DNA from: an uncultured Planctomycetota bacterium
Lineage (GTDB): Bacteria > Planctomycetota > Planctomycetia > Isosphaerales > Isosphaeraceae
NCBI GenBank assembly: GCA_963823665.1
Contig: CAWGMQ010000006.1
Span: 1,536,001 to 1,600,000 of the forward strand
DNA length: 64,000 bases
Direction: 5' to 3'
Shown here: positions 12,030 through 22,024 of the stretch, one piece after another
Layout of the letters: the number at the start of each line of letters is the position of its first letter
How positions within the stretch are numbered: the first letter of the stretch is position 1
Notes under the pieces: generated by a model
The model's input: the letters and a program-made list of their open reading frames with translations, nothing else
Told to the model about the DNA's origin: nothing
Database searches by the model: none
Made by a program: the position numbers and the translations under genes

Positions 12030-13704
12030 TCAATTCTCTGTCTCACGAACGGCCTCACTGACGTCTTGAAAGACGTATGGCTCCTGCCAGGTCGAAAAGA
12101 AACTCCGATCCACGAGGGGTTCGAGGCGCGACACCGAAATACGCGTTGAGAAGGATACGAAATGAATTCACTGGCGTGACTTGCTGGTAGAGGGCGTCGT
12201 ATCGCCTTCCCGGAAAATAGTATGCGTTAAGTATGGCCATGCGCTCCTTTAGATTCGTGTTGCGAATGTCGTGCGGATCAAGGTTGAGCTCCGAGCCGTG
12301 GTCGGATTGCAGAATGATGATCGGCGGCACATCCGAAGCGGCGAGCAAACGATCGATCGCTTCCTGGATGCGCCGGGTGATGAAGGCGGATTGGCCACGA
12401 TAGCCGGCGCAGAAACTGGCGGGATCGCGAAATCGACCGTTGATTTTCTCACCACTGTACGCCACGTACTTGCGATACTGCGCGCTCACGTCGTCGCCGT
12501 CCTCGCCGAAGACGAACGGAGGATGCGGACAGAACACATGAGCAAGCGTAAATGTAGGCGCTCGTATTCGGGGAATCTGGGGAAGCTGGTCAAGCAGAAA
12601 GAACGTTCGCTGCCGCGACTGCATGGTCCGGTCGAGGTGCGCGGGGTTGGGCCAGATGACCCTCAGCCAGGTGGTGTCGATCACCATTCGTTCGAACCCG
12701 TTCCAGTACCGCTGGGGTGAGAGATAGATGTCGGCCTCGGGGAATTCGGTCGGGTCGAAGCCTGTGGCGAAGGTGACGAACTTGTATCCCAGGGGCCTGA
12801 GCGTCTCGAGCACGTTGCTTTTGCCGATCAGATCCGACAGCTCGGTCTGATCGCGGCCGAGGCCCTTGACGAGGTTGTCGAGATAGCTGGAGTTGAGCGA
12901 AGCGGACAGCGAAAGCGGCGTCTGACAGTAGTTCGCCGTGCTCTCGCGCACGACATAAAATCCAATTTTCTCCAGGTGGTCGAGCAAAGGTGAATTGTCG
13001 AAGTTGAACAACGCCTTCATCACATCCGTCCTCGCGTAGCCGTCGAGAACGATGTAATAGATGTCCGGTAGCACTGCCCCCGCCGGCTGCGGCGGCAGTG
13101 CAAACGGCTCGGCTGCCCGGCTCCGGCGCGTTGCAGTCGGGGCTTTGATCGAAAGGATCTGGTAGACCGGCATGATCAGGAGCACGACCGAAAACAGATT
13201 GAAAAAGGTCGTGGCTACCCGGAAGTCTCGCTTGTTCTTCGCGAGGAAATAGGCCAGACCGACGAGCAAAAGCACCTCCGGGGCCAGCACAAGCGCGGGG
13301 TGAACGACCGTTCTACCGCGCACCCAGTACCCGCTCATCGACGTGATCAATTGTTCGGCCCAGCCCAGGACGAACTCGAACGTGAAGAAAAGCAAAATGG
13401 CGGCCGATGCGGCGATCGCGGCCTTTCTCGCGTCCTTGAGCAGCAAGCCAAGGACGAGCCACATCGCGACCGTGCCGAGGAGGGCGCCGGCGACAACCCG
13501 GATCGGGTCGCTCATTCGAACCTGGCCGGCATTCTGGGCAAAGAGCGCAAGGATCGGAAAAACAGCGAGCAACATCGGGTGAACTGGCCACCGACCGAAA
13601 CGACGACTCATCGCGTTCGATGACGATCCGACCGTTCCGGTACCGAGCCCGCTCGCCGTAACCCTATAAGGCGGTTCCATATATAGCCGCTTTTCGGACG
13701 TCAT
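12030..13704 (-). CDS. Membrane-anchored sulfatase/alkaline-phosphatase-superfamily (LTA-synthase-like) protein; probable frameshift near 12130
   Basis: About 5 N-terminal TM segments; PDIYYIVLDGY, HxxxPHPPF and QSDHG motifs. The alternative frame gives the plausible ending DRSFFSTWQEPY...EN*. Confidence 0.8.
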
Positions 13705-13762
13705 GCATGTCGTCTGTTCTCATCGTCATCCGATCAATGCGATTCTAGCAGTCCTGATCTGA

Positions 13763-14668
13763 TCATTGCGACAACGGAATACCAGCCGGCCTATTTTCGC
13801 GAAATTGTGCCAGGGCATCCTCGATTGCCGGCTGCACGAGACCAGGCAGCAGCGCCCGCAAGCGCGTGGTGTCGAGGGACACGTCAGCGGGCCTCGGCTC
13901 GTGCAAGCGCGTGTCGCCGCGGCGGTTCGCCTGCACCAGATCCTGCGCGAGGCCGAGCGCGGCTGCGGCTCGCTGCATGAGCTCGAAGCGGCTCACGCGC
14001 TCCGGGCCGCCGGCGTGAACGATCCCGGTCGAGTCCGACTCCACAAGCCGGGCCAGGATCTCCGCGGCGGTGCCATAATCGAGCGGCGTTCGGAACTCAT
14101 CCTCGAAAAAGGCTTGCGGGCGTCCCTCGCGCAGGGCGGCGATCGCCTGGTCGAAGTACGATGGTTTCCCCTCCCCGCAGGGACCATAGAGCAGGCTGAG
14201 CCGGACGACCAGCCCTTGGGATGTTGTGAGCACGGCCGCTTCGGCGGCCAGCTTGGTCCGGCCATATTCCACGACCGGAGCGGCCCGATCGCCCTCGTGA
14301 TACCAAGATTTCGTTCCATCGAAGGCCAGATCGGTCGACGTGAAGACGAGCCGCCGGCTGTGCTTCCGCGCCCACTCGCAGAGAACTTCGGTCGAACGAA
14401 CATTGATGTTCCAGCCGAGAGCGGGCTCGAGTCGAACGTCGTCCGCACGGCTCATCGCGCCTGAGTGAATCACGGCATCCGGGCTCGCCTTCTCGATCGC
14501 CGACTGCACCGCCTTTGGATCACCCAGCTCCACTCGCTTGAGGGCTACTCCCGCTCGCTCGCCGCACGTCGAGCCGCTCCAGGCGGCGACCTCGTGGCCA
14601 TGATCGGCCAGCTTCTGGAGCAGGCGGGCGCCGAGCCGTCCGCTCGCTCCGGTTACGAGAATCTGCAT
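13763..14668 (-). CDS. RmlD-like SDR oxidoreductase (dTDP-4-dehydrorhamnose reductase family)
   Basis: ILVTGASGRLG, STD..FDG, YGRTK, RPADVSLD. Confidence 0.85.
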   Translation of the reverse strand: MQILVTGASGRLGARLLQKLADHGHEVAAWSGSTCGERAGVALKRVELGDPKAVQSAIEKASPDAVIHSGAMSRADDVRLEPALGWNINVRSTEVLCEWARKHSRRLVFTSTDLAFDGTKSWYHEGDRAAPVVEYGRTKLAAEAAVLTTSQGLVVRLSLLYGPCGEGKPSYFDQAIAALREGRPQAFFEDEFRTPLDYGTAAEILARLVESDSTGIVHAGGPERVSRFELMQRAAAALGLAQDLVQANRRGDTRLHEPRPADVSLDTTRLRALLPGLVQPAIEDALAQFRENRPAGIPLSQ

Positions 14669-14839
14669 GATCCTTAATTCCCTCCTGTCGCGCGCTTGTT
14701 CTTTGCAAGTCCACGCAAGACGCACACAAGCTCTGCCGATCTTAGGGCGACAGAGTCGGATTGGAAACACCTCGACATCCGAGCTCTCGCGCCCCCAGTT
14801 GCCCTGCGCAATAATGCCCACAACGAAGGACTAGCCCCG

Positions 14840-15739
14840 ATGAAGATTCGCGAGATTCCCCTGGACGACCTGGTTCTCGACCAGAACCTCAACCTGCGTG
14901 ACCGCCTCGACGATTTCACGGTCGAACGCTACGCCGATTCGTGGGAGCGTCTGCCGCCGATCACGGTTTACAATGTAGACGAGCGCCTGCTCGTTGCCGA
15001 CGGGTTCCATCGTCACGCCGCAGCGGTCATGCTCGGCAAGCGGACCATCCGCGCGGAGATCATCGACGGGACGTTCACCGACGCCCTCGACTTCGTCTCC
15101 AGCGTGAACCTTTTTCACGGCTTGCCCCTGACTCGCAGCGAGCGGCGCCGTGCCGTCGAAGTGAAGCTCAAGCTGCATCACGACTGGTCTGACCGTCGGA
15201 TGGCTGAAGAACTTGCCGTCAGCCGCGAGCTGGTCGCGAAGATTCGCCGCCAGTTGATCGAGGCCCACAAGATCCCCAATCTTCCCGGCAGGGTTGGCGC
15301 CGATGGCAAGCTGTACACTTCGGCTGGCCTTCCCAAGGATGCGGGCGAAAAGCTGCCGAAGGAGCCGCAAGTGCCCGTCGAAGAGTCGACGGAGCGCGGC
15401 AAGCGCGCCATGGGCGCGGCGGCCGCTCCGGCCCCACCCGCCAAGGGCGAAGCGCCCGCCATCGGCAAGACACCGACCCGAACTTCCGACAAGACTCCCC
15501 CGCAAATCAGTCGCGACGATCCCCGCTACATCGGCGACGAGCTTTCGGCCGAAGTCGGCGCCGTCGGCATCGACGAGATGCTGGAATTCATGGTCAACCA
15601 GATCAAGCAGTTGATCGACTGGACGCACGTGGAAGGCTTTCTCGACGCGTACAAGAGCGCGTCTGCCGGTCCCCGCGGGCTCTTCCATACGGCTGCCATC
15701 AAGCTGGCCGCGCGTGCCGATCAGCTTCGCCGGGCCTGA
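14840..15739 (+). CDS. ParB/Srx N-terminal domain protein with HTH
   Basis: LPPITV...ADGFHR..A; N..HGLPLT; WSDRRMAEELAVSRELVAKIR. Confidence 0.75.
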   Translation: MKIREIPLDDLVLDQNLNLRDRLDDFTVERYADSWERLPPITVYNVDERLLVADGFHRHAAAVMLGKRTIRAEIIDGTFTDALDFVSSVNLFHGLPLTRSERRRAVEVKLKLHHDWSDRRMAEELAVSRELVAKIRRQLIEAHKIPNLPGRVGADGKLYTSAGLPKDAGEKLPKEPQVPVEESTERGKRAMGAAAAPAPPAKGEAPAIGKTPTRTSDKTPPQISRDDPRYIGDELSAEVGAVGIDEMLEFMVNQIKQLIDWTHVEGFLDAYKSASAGPRGLFHTAAIKLAARADQLRRA

Positions 15740-15782
15740 TCGAGATTGATCGATCGGGACGGTGACAACCACTCGAAACCTG

Positions 15783-16998
15783 CTACACCAGCTCGCAGAA
15801 GACGCGGTCGGCAACGAAGACGCCTTGCGGCGTGAGTCTCACCGTCCGCCCATCGTCTTCGAGGTACCCCTGCGCCAGAAACCGCTTGATCACGCTTCCG
15901 GAGAGGAGGTCGAGGTCGTAGCCCGTTCGTAGCTTGAAATCTTCACGCTCGATGCCGGCCTTCGTGCGCCGCAGCATCAGCATGGCCGTCTCGCGCGCTC
16001 GTTCTTCGGGGCTGAGCTCTTCGTGCGGCCCTGTCGCACTCTGCCCGGCTTCCACCCGCCGCAGATAAGCGTCCAGGTCGCGGGTGCTGGTCGATCGAAC
16101 GCCGCGGAGGTATCGCGCTGCGCCACTCCGAAGCCGAAGTAGGCGTCATTCGCCCAGTAGACCAGGTTGTGCCGCGATTCCTGGCCGGGCCGTGCGAAAT
16201 TGGAGATCTCGTACATTGCCAGGCCCGCGCCTTCGAGCGTCTCGATCGTGGTCTCGTACATGAGGCGCTCGACTTCCTCGGCTAGCGGCTGCACCAGCCC
16301 GCTCTGCTTGCGCGCCCAGAGCGGCGTTCCCTTCTCGAAGACCAGCCCGTAGCACGAAAGATGCGACGGGCCGAGCGAAAGGGCCGTTTCGAGGTCGTTG
16401 CGCCACTGTTCGGTCGTCGAGCCCGGCACTCCGAAGATCAGGTCGAGCGACCAGCGCGCAAACCGCGGGCGGACGACCTCGAGCGCCCGATCAACCTCGG
16501 CACGGCCGTGCTCACGCTCGAGCACGGCCAGGAGGTCCGGCTGAAAGGACTGCGCGCCCAGGCTGATGCGGTTGACGCCGGCTTCTTCCAGCACGTCCGC
16601 CTTTTCCGCGTCGATCGTGCCGGGGTTTGCCTCGACCGTCCACTCGCCGCCGGGGGCGAGAATGAACCACTGCTTGAGGAAGCGGCACAGCGTATCCAAC
16701 TGAGATGCGGAAAGCCGCGTGGGCGTGCCGCCGCCCACGAAAATCGTGTCGACCTCCTGTGGTTTGGTGACGAAGGTCTCGACCTCGCGCTCGAGCGCCG
16801 CCAGATATCGATCGGCCTGATGGTCGACGCCGGCAAGTGAAGCGAAATCGCAGTAACCGCACTTGTGGCGCAAAACGGAATGTGGACGTAAACCGCGCGC
16901 GGCCAGCGCCACGGTGGCTCGATCACACGAACGGGCCCGGCGGCCACAGGATCACCGCGGTCGGGTTTGAGATCGGGGCGAACAAGCTCGTCGAGCAC
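15783..16998 (-). CDS. hemW: Radical SAM heme chaperone HemW (two frameshifts)
   Basis: YVHIPFC / HKCGYCDF, FVGGGTP, EANP, RISLGAQSF, YEISNFA...HNLVYW, and a HemN C-terminal domain. Confidence 0.85.
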
Positions 16999-17023
16999 CG
17001 TTTCGACGCGCCCGGGCCGTTGT

Positions 17024-17401
17024 TCAGTATTCGTTGCCGTATCCGCCGCCCCCGCGGTAGCCGCCGCCTCCACCACCGCCACGATATCCCCCCTCGCCGC
17101 CGCCACCGCCACCGCCTCCGCCACGATATCCGCCCTCGCCGCCGCCACCCGGCGTGCGCGGCCTGGCTTCGTTGACGGTCAGCCGGCGTCCGTCGAAGTC
17201 CTGGCCGTCGAGACTCTCGATCGCCGAAAGGGCTTCGTCGTCGTGCATCATCTCGACGAACCCGAACCCTCGGCTGCGCCCGGTTTCCCGGTCCGAGAGG
17301 ACCGAGGCCGAAGTGACGACACCGTATTGTTCAAATAATTCCTGGAGCTGCGCAGACGTGACGGTGTACTTGAGGTTGCCAACATAAAGACGCTTCGACA
17401 T
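17024..17401 (-). CDS. RRM RNA-binding protein with Gly-rich tail
   Basis: LYVGNL (RNP2), RGFGFVEM (RNP1), GGYRGG repeats. Confidence 0.93.
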   Translation of the reverse strand: MSKRLYVGNLKYTVTSAQLQELFEQYGVVTSASVLSDRETGRSRGFGFVEMMHDDEALSAIESLDGQDFDGRRLTVNEARPRTPGGGGEGGYRGGGGGGGGGEGGYRGGGGGGGYRGGGGYGNEY

Positions 17402-17723
17402 CGCACTTGCCTGAGAAAGGCTCTCCACGACCTCTGCCGAAATCTACCCCAAAAAAACTATAAACACTCCGGCCCGACGCATCAACGACAAAATGCTGGT
17501 CAAAACGAAATCTTTCGGTATTCGCCCGGCGCTGCGACCAAGCACTCTGGCGCGCAATGATAGACACGATTTCCCGGCTCACGAATCCTGGAAACTGGTT
17601 TGCGTCTTCGTGCGTGGTTAGAATCGGGCCGGCGGGACTCCAAGCACGCCGGATCTGGTGACATTCGCCTGATCTCTGCCTCCTGACCAGCCTCCACGGA
17701 TTCCCACCAAGGGGTGAACACTC

Positions 17724-18950
17724 ATGTGTGGCAGTGCGCAACGGATCGCCGGTCTCGCGATCGCTCTGGCAGTCGGCACAATCGCGGCGAACGGACGCTC
17801 GCTCGCGGGTGAGTGGAGCGTCACGGTGCGCGCGGGAGACATCGACCTGGGCGAAACGCCAATCCTCGCCGAGATCCCCGGGAGCATTGCGCCGGGGATG
17901 TATGACCTTCTCGCGGGTTCCGGTGAAGTTCCGATTGCCGGACAGGTCTTTCAAGAGGGGCGAAAGAGGCTGCTCGCCTTTGTTCTACCGGCAGCCGAGG
18001 GGCCGAGGCCCGCGGCGCTCACGCTCTTGGCCCGCGCCAAGACCGAGCGCGAGCCCGGCAAGGGGCTCTCCGTCACGGCCCAGGGCAACAATCTCATCGT
18101 CAAGCTCGATGAGAAGCCGCTGACGGAGTATCGCGTCGACTCCGGAAGCAAGCCGATCTTCTTCCCGCTGATCGGGCCGACCGGCGACTCGTATACGCGT
18201 GCGTTCCCGATGCAGGCGATCCCGGGGGAAGACGATGATCACCCTCATCAGCGATCGTGCTGGTTGACACATGGAAAGGTGAACGGGATCGATTTCTGGT
18301 CCGAAGGTGGAAAAGCGGGCAAGATCGAAGAGACCTATCAGGGCTTGATCGCCAGCGGACCGGTGCTGGTTCGCCTGGTCACCCGGAATGACTGGCTCGG
18401 GCCCGACGGCAAACGAGTTTGCAGTGACGAGCGCACGGTCACCTTCCACCGCACGCGGGTATCGCGAACCATCGACTTTGAATTCACGATTCGAGCGTCC
18501 GACGGCCCCTTGACCTTCGGCGCCACGAAGGAAGGGATGTTCGGCCTCCGGGTGGCGTCGTCGATGGATGTCAAACGGAAGACCGGAGGCCGCATCACCA
18601 ATGCGGAAGGCTTGACCGACGACGCAGCCTGGGGCAAAGCCTCGCCGTGGGTCGACTACGTTGGGCCCGTCAACCAGAAGACGGTCGGCATCGCGGTGCT
18701 CAACCACCCCGGCAGTTTTCGCTATCCCACCGCCTGGCACGTGCGGACCTACGGCCTGTTTGCCGCCAATCCATTCGGCGGGCACGACTTCGGCGGGCAG
18801 ATGCCCGGAGACCACACGATTCCCAACGGCGGCACGATCTTGTTTCGATATCGCGTCATCCTGCACGAGGGCGACACCAAAACCGCGCGGATCGATCGCG
18901 CGTTTGCCGCTTACGCCACGCCGCCGGCGGTCGAGGTTGCCGAGAAATGA
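17724..18950 (+). CDS. Secreted PmoA-family (PF14100/DUF6807-like) protein of unknown function
   Basis: Signal peptide; DHPHQRSCW, DFWSE, KEGMFGLRVA, WHVRTYGLFAANPFG. Confidence 0.7.
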   Translation: MCGSAQRIAGLAIALAVGTIAANGRSLAGEWSVTVRAGDIDLGETPILAEIPGSIAPGMYDLLAGSGEVPIAGQVFQEGRKRLLAFVLPAAEGPRPAALTLLARAKTEREPGKGLSVTAQGNNLIVKLDEKPLTEYRVDSGSKPIFFPLIGPTGDSYTRAFPMQAIPGEDDDHPHQRSCWLTHGKVNGIDFWSEGGKAGKIEETYQGLIASGPVLVRLVTRNDWLGPDGKRVCSDERTVTFHRTRVSRTIDFEFTIRASDGPLTFGATKEGMFGLRVASSMDVKRKTGGRITNAEGLTDDAAWGKASPWVDYVGPVNQKTVGIAVLNHPGSFRYPTAWHVRTYGLFAANPFGGHDFGGQMPGDHTIPNGGTILFRYRVILHEGDTKTARIDRAFAAYATPPAVEVAEK

Positions 18951-18954
18951 TTTC

Positions 18955-20620
18955 TCACCATTTCAGCGACAAGCGACTGTCGACGCCTTGCCCCAGTCCT
19001 TCGAGGTCCGATTTTCGCTCGTCGGGTGTCCTGGACTCGTCGAGGCACAGCCGAAGGGCGCTCGCCAGATCGCCCGCCCTGGCGCGCGCCGCGATGACCC
19101 GTTGCAGCGCGAATCGCTGATAGTTCTGGTCGTCGATCGACCGGATCGTCTTCAAGGCATCCGGAACGTGTCCGGCCATCGCCTGAATCTCGGCGAGGCT
19201 CGCGCTCGGACGCCGGCATATTCTGGCGGACGCCGGGTAATCTCGCGAGGTTCGGGTTGGGGCTGGGAGGATCCTTGACCGACAGACCGGCATCGGTCAG
19301 GGCTCGCGCGAATGTCGCCGTGGCGGCGGCGTGGTCGCCCGCCGCGGCCTGTGCCTGGGCGATGAGCGCGAGGCTTTCAGCCCTTCTGCCTGCCGTCGCC
19401 CGGCCCGAAATCTCTGACGCCGCCCGGACTGAAAGCAGCGCTCGGACCAGGTCGCCGCTGGCGACCTGGCCGCTGGCGATCTGGATATACCGGCCGTCGC
19501 GTCCCCGCATGTCCGGGTGTTCGCGCACGGAGCGAAATGCGTCGCGTAATGTTGCCCTGGCGCCGGCGGTATCGCCCGACTGAAGCTGCACGGTCGCGAT
19601 GCGGAGCAAGGCGTAAGGTTGGCCGTCTGTCATGTCGTAACCGGCGCGGGAAGGCCCTTCGCCGATCGCGATCGCCGATTGCTTCGCCGCCTCGAGATCA
19701 CCGAGGCGCGCCTGGGCGAGTGCCACATCACCGAGGCCGAAGTATGTCTGTTCGGCCGACTTCATCCTCGCGAGCCGCGTCGCGGCCTCTTGCACGAATC
19801 TTCGGGCGGCTTCTCGGTCGAGCGTCTTGGACGCAGCATCGGCGATTTTGCCAAGGACGTTTCCACCGTTCTCTCGCCCCACAGACCAACCGAACGCGGC
19901 TTCAAAGTCGCCGACGGCTGCCAGGGCTGCGGCAATCGTCGGGCGCACCCGTCACGGGCGTTGGCGATGTTGGTCGACGCGAAGAACTTCTTTGAGAACT
20001 CGAGCAGGAGCTCGACTGTCTTGTGTGCGTCTTCTCGGGCGCCGATCCCCACTTGCGTCTGCACGATTTCCGCCAGCGCGTCGACCACCGAGCGATCTTT
20101 CCCGAATTCGCCCGCGACCGCTGGCACCGCGCGGACGGCCCGCTCGAGCGTCGTGCGCGAGTCTTCCTTGAGGCCGCATTCGGCCTGCGCGTGGCCGATG
20201 CGCCAGAGGTTCCGCGGGCTAGCGTTGCCGCCGAAGCCTCCTTCGGCCTCTTTCGCAGCTTCGGCGAACGTGATGCGGGCTCCGTCCAGGTCGCCGGTTT
20301 TGGCCTGTGCAGTGGCGATTGCTGTCAAGGACCACGAGGACGGAACGGGCTTTGCCTTGACCAGCGCGACCGCCTCGCCTGATGCGCGACGGAGCAACTG
20401 GTGTAACTCTGCACGCGCGGGCAGCGCGACGAAGATGGGCGCGGACGGGCCGTTGGACGTCGGCGGATCGCGATGTTTCACGGCGGGCGCGGCGCTTTTC
20501 TGTGAGGCTGTTTGCGACGGAGCGATCGGGGTTCTCTTTCTGCGTCGCCTCAGAGGCGAGCGAAGCTGCTCCGGCAACGACCGAGCCGGCGAGCGCCAAC
20601 GCGACGACCGCGTCCGCCAT
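18955..20620 (-). CDS. Exported TPR-like helical repeat protein (frameshifted; start uncertain)
   Basis: Repeats of IA.AQA..GD..GA across ORFs 19762..20577, 18911..19948 and 18955..19293. Confidence 0.6.
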
Positions 20621-20810
20621 CAGTTTCGTCCACCACACGGCTTGAACGCCCCTTCCGTCTGGGAGGCCACGGACGTCGAAACGGGTCCGGCTGGCGAGAA
20701 GATTGTCAAAGATACCGCGCACGATCGTGTCGAATGAAGGCCGTTTTCGGATGAGGCGGCCACGAGTCAGCCGTCCAATTGCGTTGCGAAACGTCGCGAC
20801 GTCTGCGATC

Positions 20811-20900
20811 TCAGGGATAGAGCCCCAGTAGCACCCATTGACGCCTCGCGGCGACATGGACCGGACGGTTCATCTGAAGAATGGCGACGGTAACTCGCCC
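20811..20900 (-). pseudogene. C-terminal remnant of an HNH endonuclease
   Basis: Translates to GRVTVAILQMNRPVHVAARRQWVLLGLYP*, matching the tail of small HNH nucleases. No HNH core is present. Confidence 0.55.
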
Positions 20901-20917
20901 CTCAGCCGTCAGTCCGA

Positions 20918-21272
20918 TCAGGAGGCCAGATGCAGTGCAGCAGTGCGCTCTCCCGCGCCGCGGATCTCGGCGTCGATGAGATGCTCCAACTCGGTCTGTT
21001 CATCGGCCGAGAGCGTCTCCCCGGCCTCGCGCAGAGCGCGATCGTGTCATGAGTTGTTCCAGTCGCTCGCATTGCTGGGAAGTGAAGAATCGATCCGGGC
21101 CCAGGTTGCGTACGATGATCAGGGTGGCGGCCTCCCGGTCGGGAAGTTGGTTCGTGAGTGCGTCGAGCGCCTCGCCGGCAGTGCGTCCCACAGCCTGATT
21201 TCGCGCCGTCACGGCCGGGAATGAAGTTCCGGTCTGTCCCGGCTGATCTCGATATATGACGACCTTGATCAT
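20918..21272 (-). CDS. Small conserved hypothetical protein, probable antitoxin-like HNH partner (one frameshift near 21030)
   Basis: GRTAGEALDALT...PDRFFT..Q.ERLEQLM, continuing in another frame as GETLSADEQTELEHLIDAEIRGA. Confidence 0.55.
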
Positions 21273-21394
21273 GCACGCGCCCCAATTTCCATCCTCATCC
21301 CCTGATTGTTAGTTTACCGCGCTTTAGCTTGATCGCACAGCCTGCGCGGAAGCGGGACTGACGAAGCTGAGGCTGAGCACTCCCGAGGGAGTTT

Positions 21395-22024
21395 TCAGCC
21401 ACGTGCGTGCGGGGCCGCGTCATGCTTGGCCTTGTCGCGGCCGCCGAACTCCGCCGCGAGGAACTGACCCCACGCTTTCAAGGTGGGTGAAGTTCCGCGT
21501 TTCCGTTCCATCCCCATCTGTCCGTACGTCTGCTTCTTTCCTTCCGGCATGAAGATCGGATCCCAGTTGAATTTGTATTCGCCAAGGGCTTTCTCGGTGA
21601 CCTTGCCCCGGGTTTCGCCGCGGTGGACGCGGACGCGCAAGCCGTCGCAGTATCCGATCACCGAGAGGGCCGTTGCCTCTCGTGGCTCGCCGTCGCGCAG
21701 GAAACCGCACATCCGGTCTCCCACCGTTCTCCAGACGACCTCGCCGATACCGCCGAGCAAGCCGGGCGTGCGACCATCGCTCGAGCGCCAGGCGTCCAGG
21801 AGCAGACCGCCATGCTCCACCACGCACGGTCGCCTGACTTCCTTGTACGCCTCGAGAGCCTTGTGCCGCACAATGACTTCGATGTCGGGAAGCAAGAGAT
21901 CCTGGAGCACCCGCTTGATGGGGCAGATCTCGACTCCAAAGCGAGACTGGACGTCGTTCCGCTCGACGTAGTCGGCGACCTCGCTGATCTTGTACTGGTT
22001 GGCGGTTACGAAGTAGACCTTCAA
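21395..22024 (-). CDS. HAM1/ITPase-fold non-canonical purine nucleotide-binding protein with degenerate active site (KomB-like)
   Basis: FVTANQYK, HKA, VEHGGL (canonical DDSGL/EDTGL), FNWDPIF, YGQM...K..SPT (canonical SHR). TTG start overlaps the SIR2 stop. Confidence 0.85.
   Translation of the reverse strand: MKVYFVTANQYKISEVADYVERNDVQSRFGVEICPIKRVLQDLLLPDIEVIVRHKALEAYKEVRRPCVVEHGGLLLDAWRSSDGRTPGLLGGIGEVVWRTVGDRMCGFLRDGEPREATALSVIGYCDGLRVRVHRGETRGKVTEKALGEYKFNWDPIFMPEGKKQTYGQMGMERKRGTSPTLKAWGQFLAAEFGGRDKAKHDAAPHARG

Noticed and set aside
17724..18950. Particulate methane monooxygenase subunit
   Set aside because: The family name is misleading. This is a soluble secreted protein with no pmoC/pmoB neighbours.
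21395..22024. Housekeeping rdgB
   Set aside because: The catalytic Asp and SHR motif are absent, and the gene is coupled to SIR2. The hemW gene 4.4 kb away is not in the same operon.
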